From: Botryllus schlosseri
Taxonomy: Eukaryota
Direction of reading: 5' to 3'
DNA: 64,000 nucleotides
Assembly (NCBI GenBank): GCA_051294905.1
Contig: CM119371.1
Coordinates: forward strand, 744,001-808,000
The notes under the pieces were generated by a model. It worked only from the letters and a program-made list of their open reading frames with translations. It did not search any database and was not told the DNA's origin. Positions 63,236 to 64,000 of this stretch are shown here, one piece after another. Every line of letters begins with the position of its first letter. Within the stretch, counting starts at the first letter, position 1. The position numbers and the translations under genes are program-made.

Positions 63236-64000
63236 ATCGTAGTTGTAATTTGATATTTTTAGCATAGAGTAATTTTAATCATAATGTAATTAAATCATGC
63301 AATAAAGTAATTGTAATTGAATTTAATTAATGTAATTGATCCAACTCTGGAGGTGGCCCTATATTCAAATTAATACACAGTGTACTAAAGAAAAAATTTC
63401 TGCTATTATTGTTTATGTTTGTTTGGAAAATATTTTGAGCGTACTTCAAGCCTTCAAAATTGCGGACTTAGAGCCATATATTAGAATTTCCTTCCGGACG
63501 CAACTTTAACGGTGAAGTTCCGAACATGTCCCGGAAAATCCGGACGTATGGCAATCCGAATATATACCTCAACCCAATATCGCAGCAATATATGTTATAC
63601 TATTCGGGAACACGTCTCATATTCGAAATAACTTGAAAATTTCGGACAATCATCCGTGCCCACTTTTTTTTAACAAAAGCAATGTTATTGTAATGCATCG
63701 ATGCGTTCAGAAAATATCCTCACAGCACTGTGATGATCGAAATCAGTGGTGCCGGAGAAAACGAATGTTGAGTAATATTGATAGGCCAAATTATACCCAC
63801 TCTAGTGGCGAAATGTGCGCAGAGTTTACAGGTTTATGCAAAATGTATCGCTAAGTAATTCTTCATAGAAGCGAAAACGCAATACAAAACTGTTATATTC
63901 ACGTCACACGGAGAATGAAAAGTTACAAAAATATAGTTCTGATCTGTTTTCGCAGCGCCACGTCAGTTTTGGGTCAAACGATCCCTGGCCCCCACAGAAA

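Overview
AT-rich eukaryotic DNA dominated by transposable elements. It looks like a marine invertebrate, possibly a tunicate-like deuterostome, but that is inference from the repeat repertoire only. The best-supported feature is a full-length BEL/Pao LTR retrotransposon on the minus strand (46893-54772), with 385-bp LTRs, a 5-bp ATGTC target-site duplication (TSD), and gag-PR-RT-RNaseH-IN broken by about 5 lesions. It has no tRNA primer-binding site (PBS). Instead, the PBS position holds a perfect 13-nt reverse complement of a segment inside its own LTR, which suggests Tf1-style self-priming in a BEL/Pao element; this is the top finding. The window also holds a Gypsy-like gag-protease element with a tRNA-Ile PBS but no recognisable RT (about 11.3-15.2 kb), two oppositely oriented 41-bp satellite arrays sharing a head sequence, and a foldback-like element carrying a TTAGGG-rich G-tract. 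There are many hAT MITEs with 8-bp TSDs, a tRNA-derived SINE, LINE 3' ends, and a few candidate minus-strand host exons that I cannot name.
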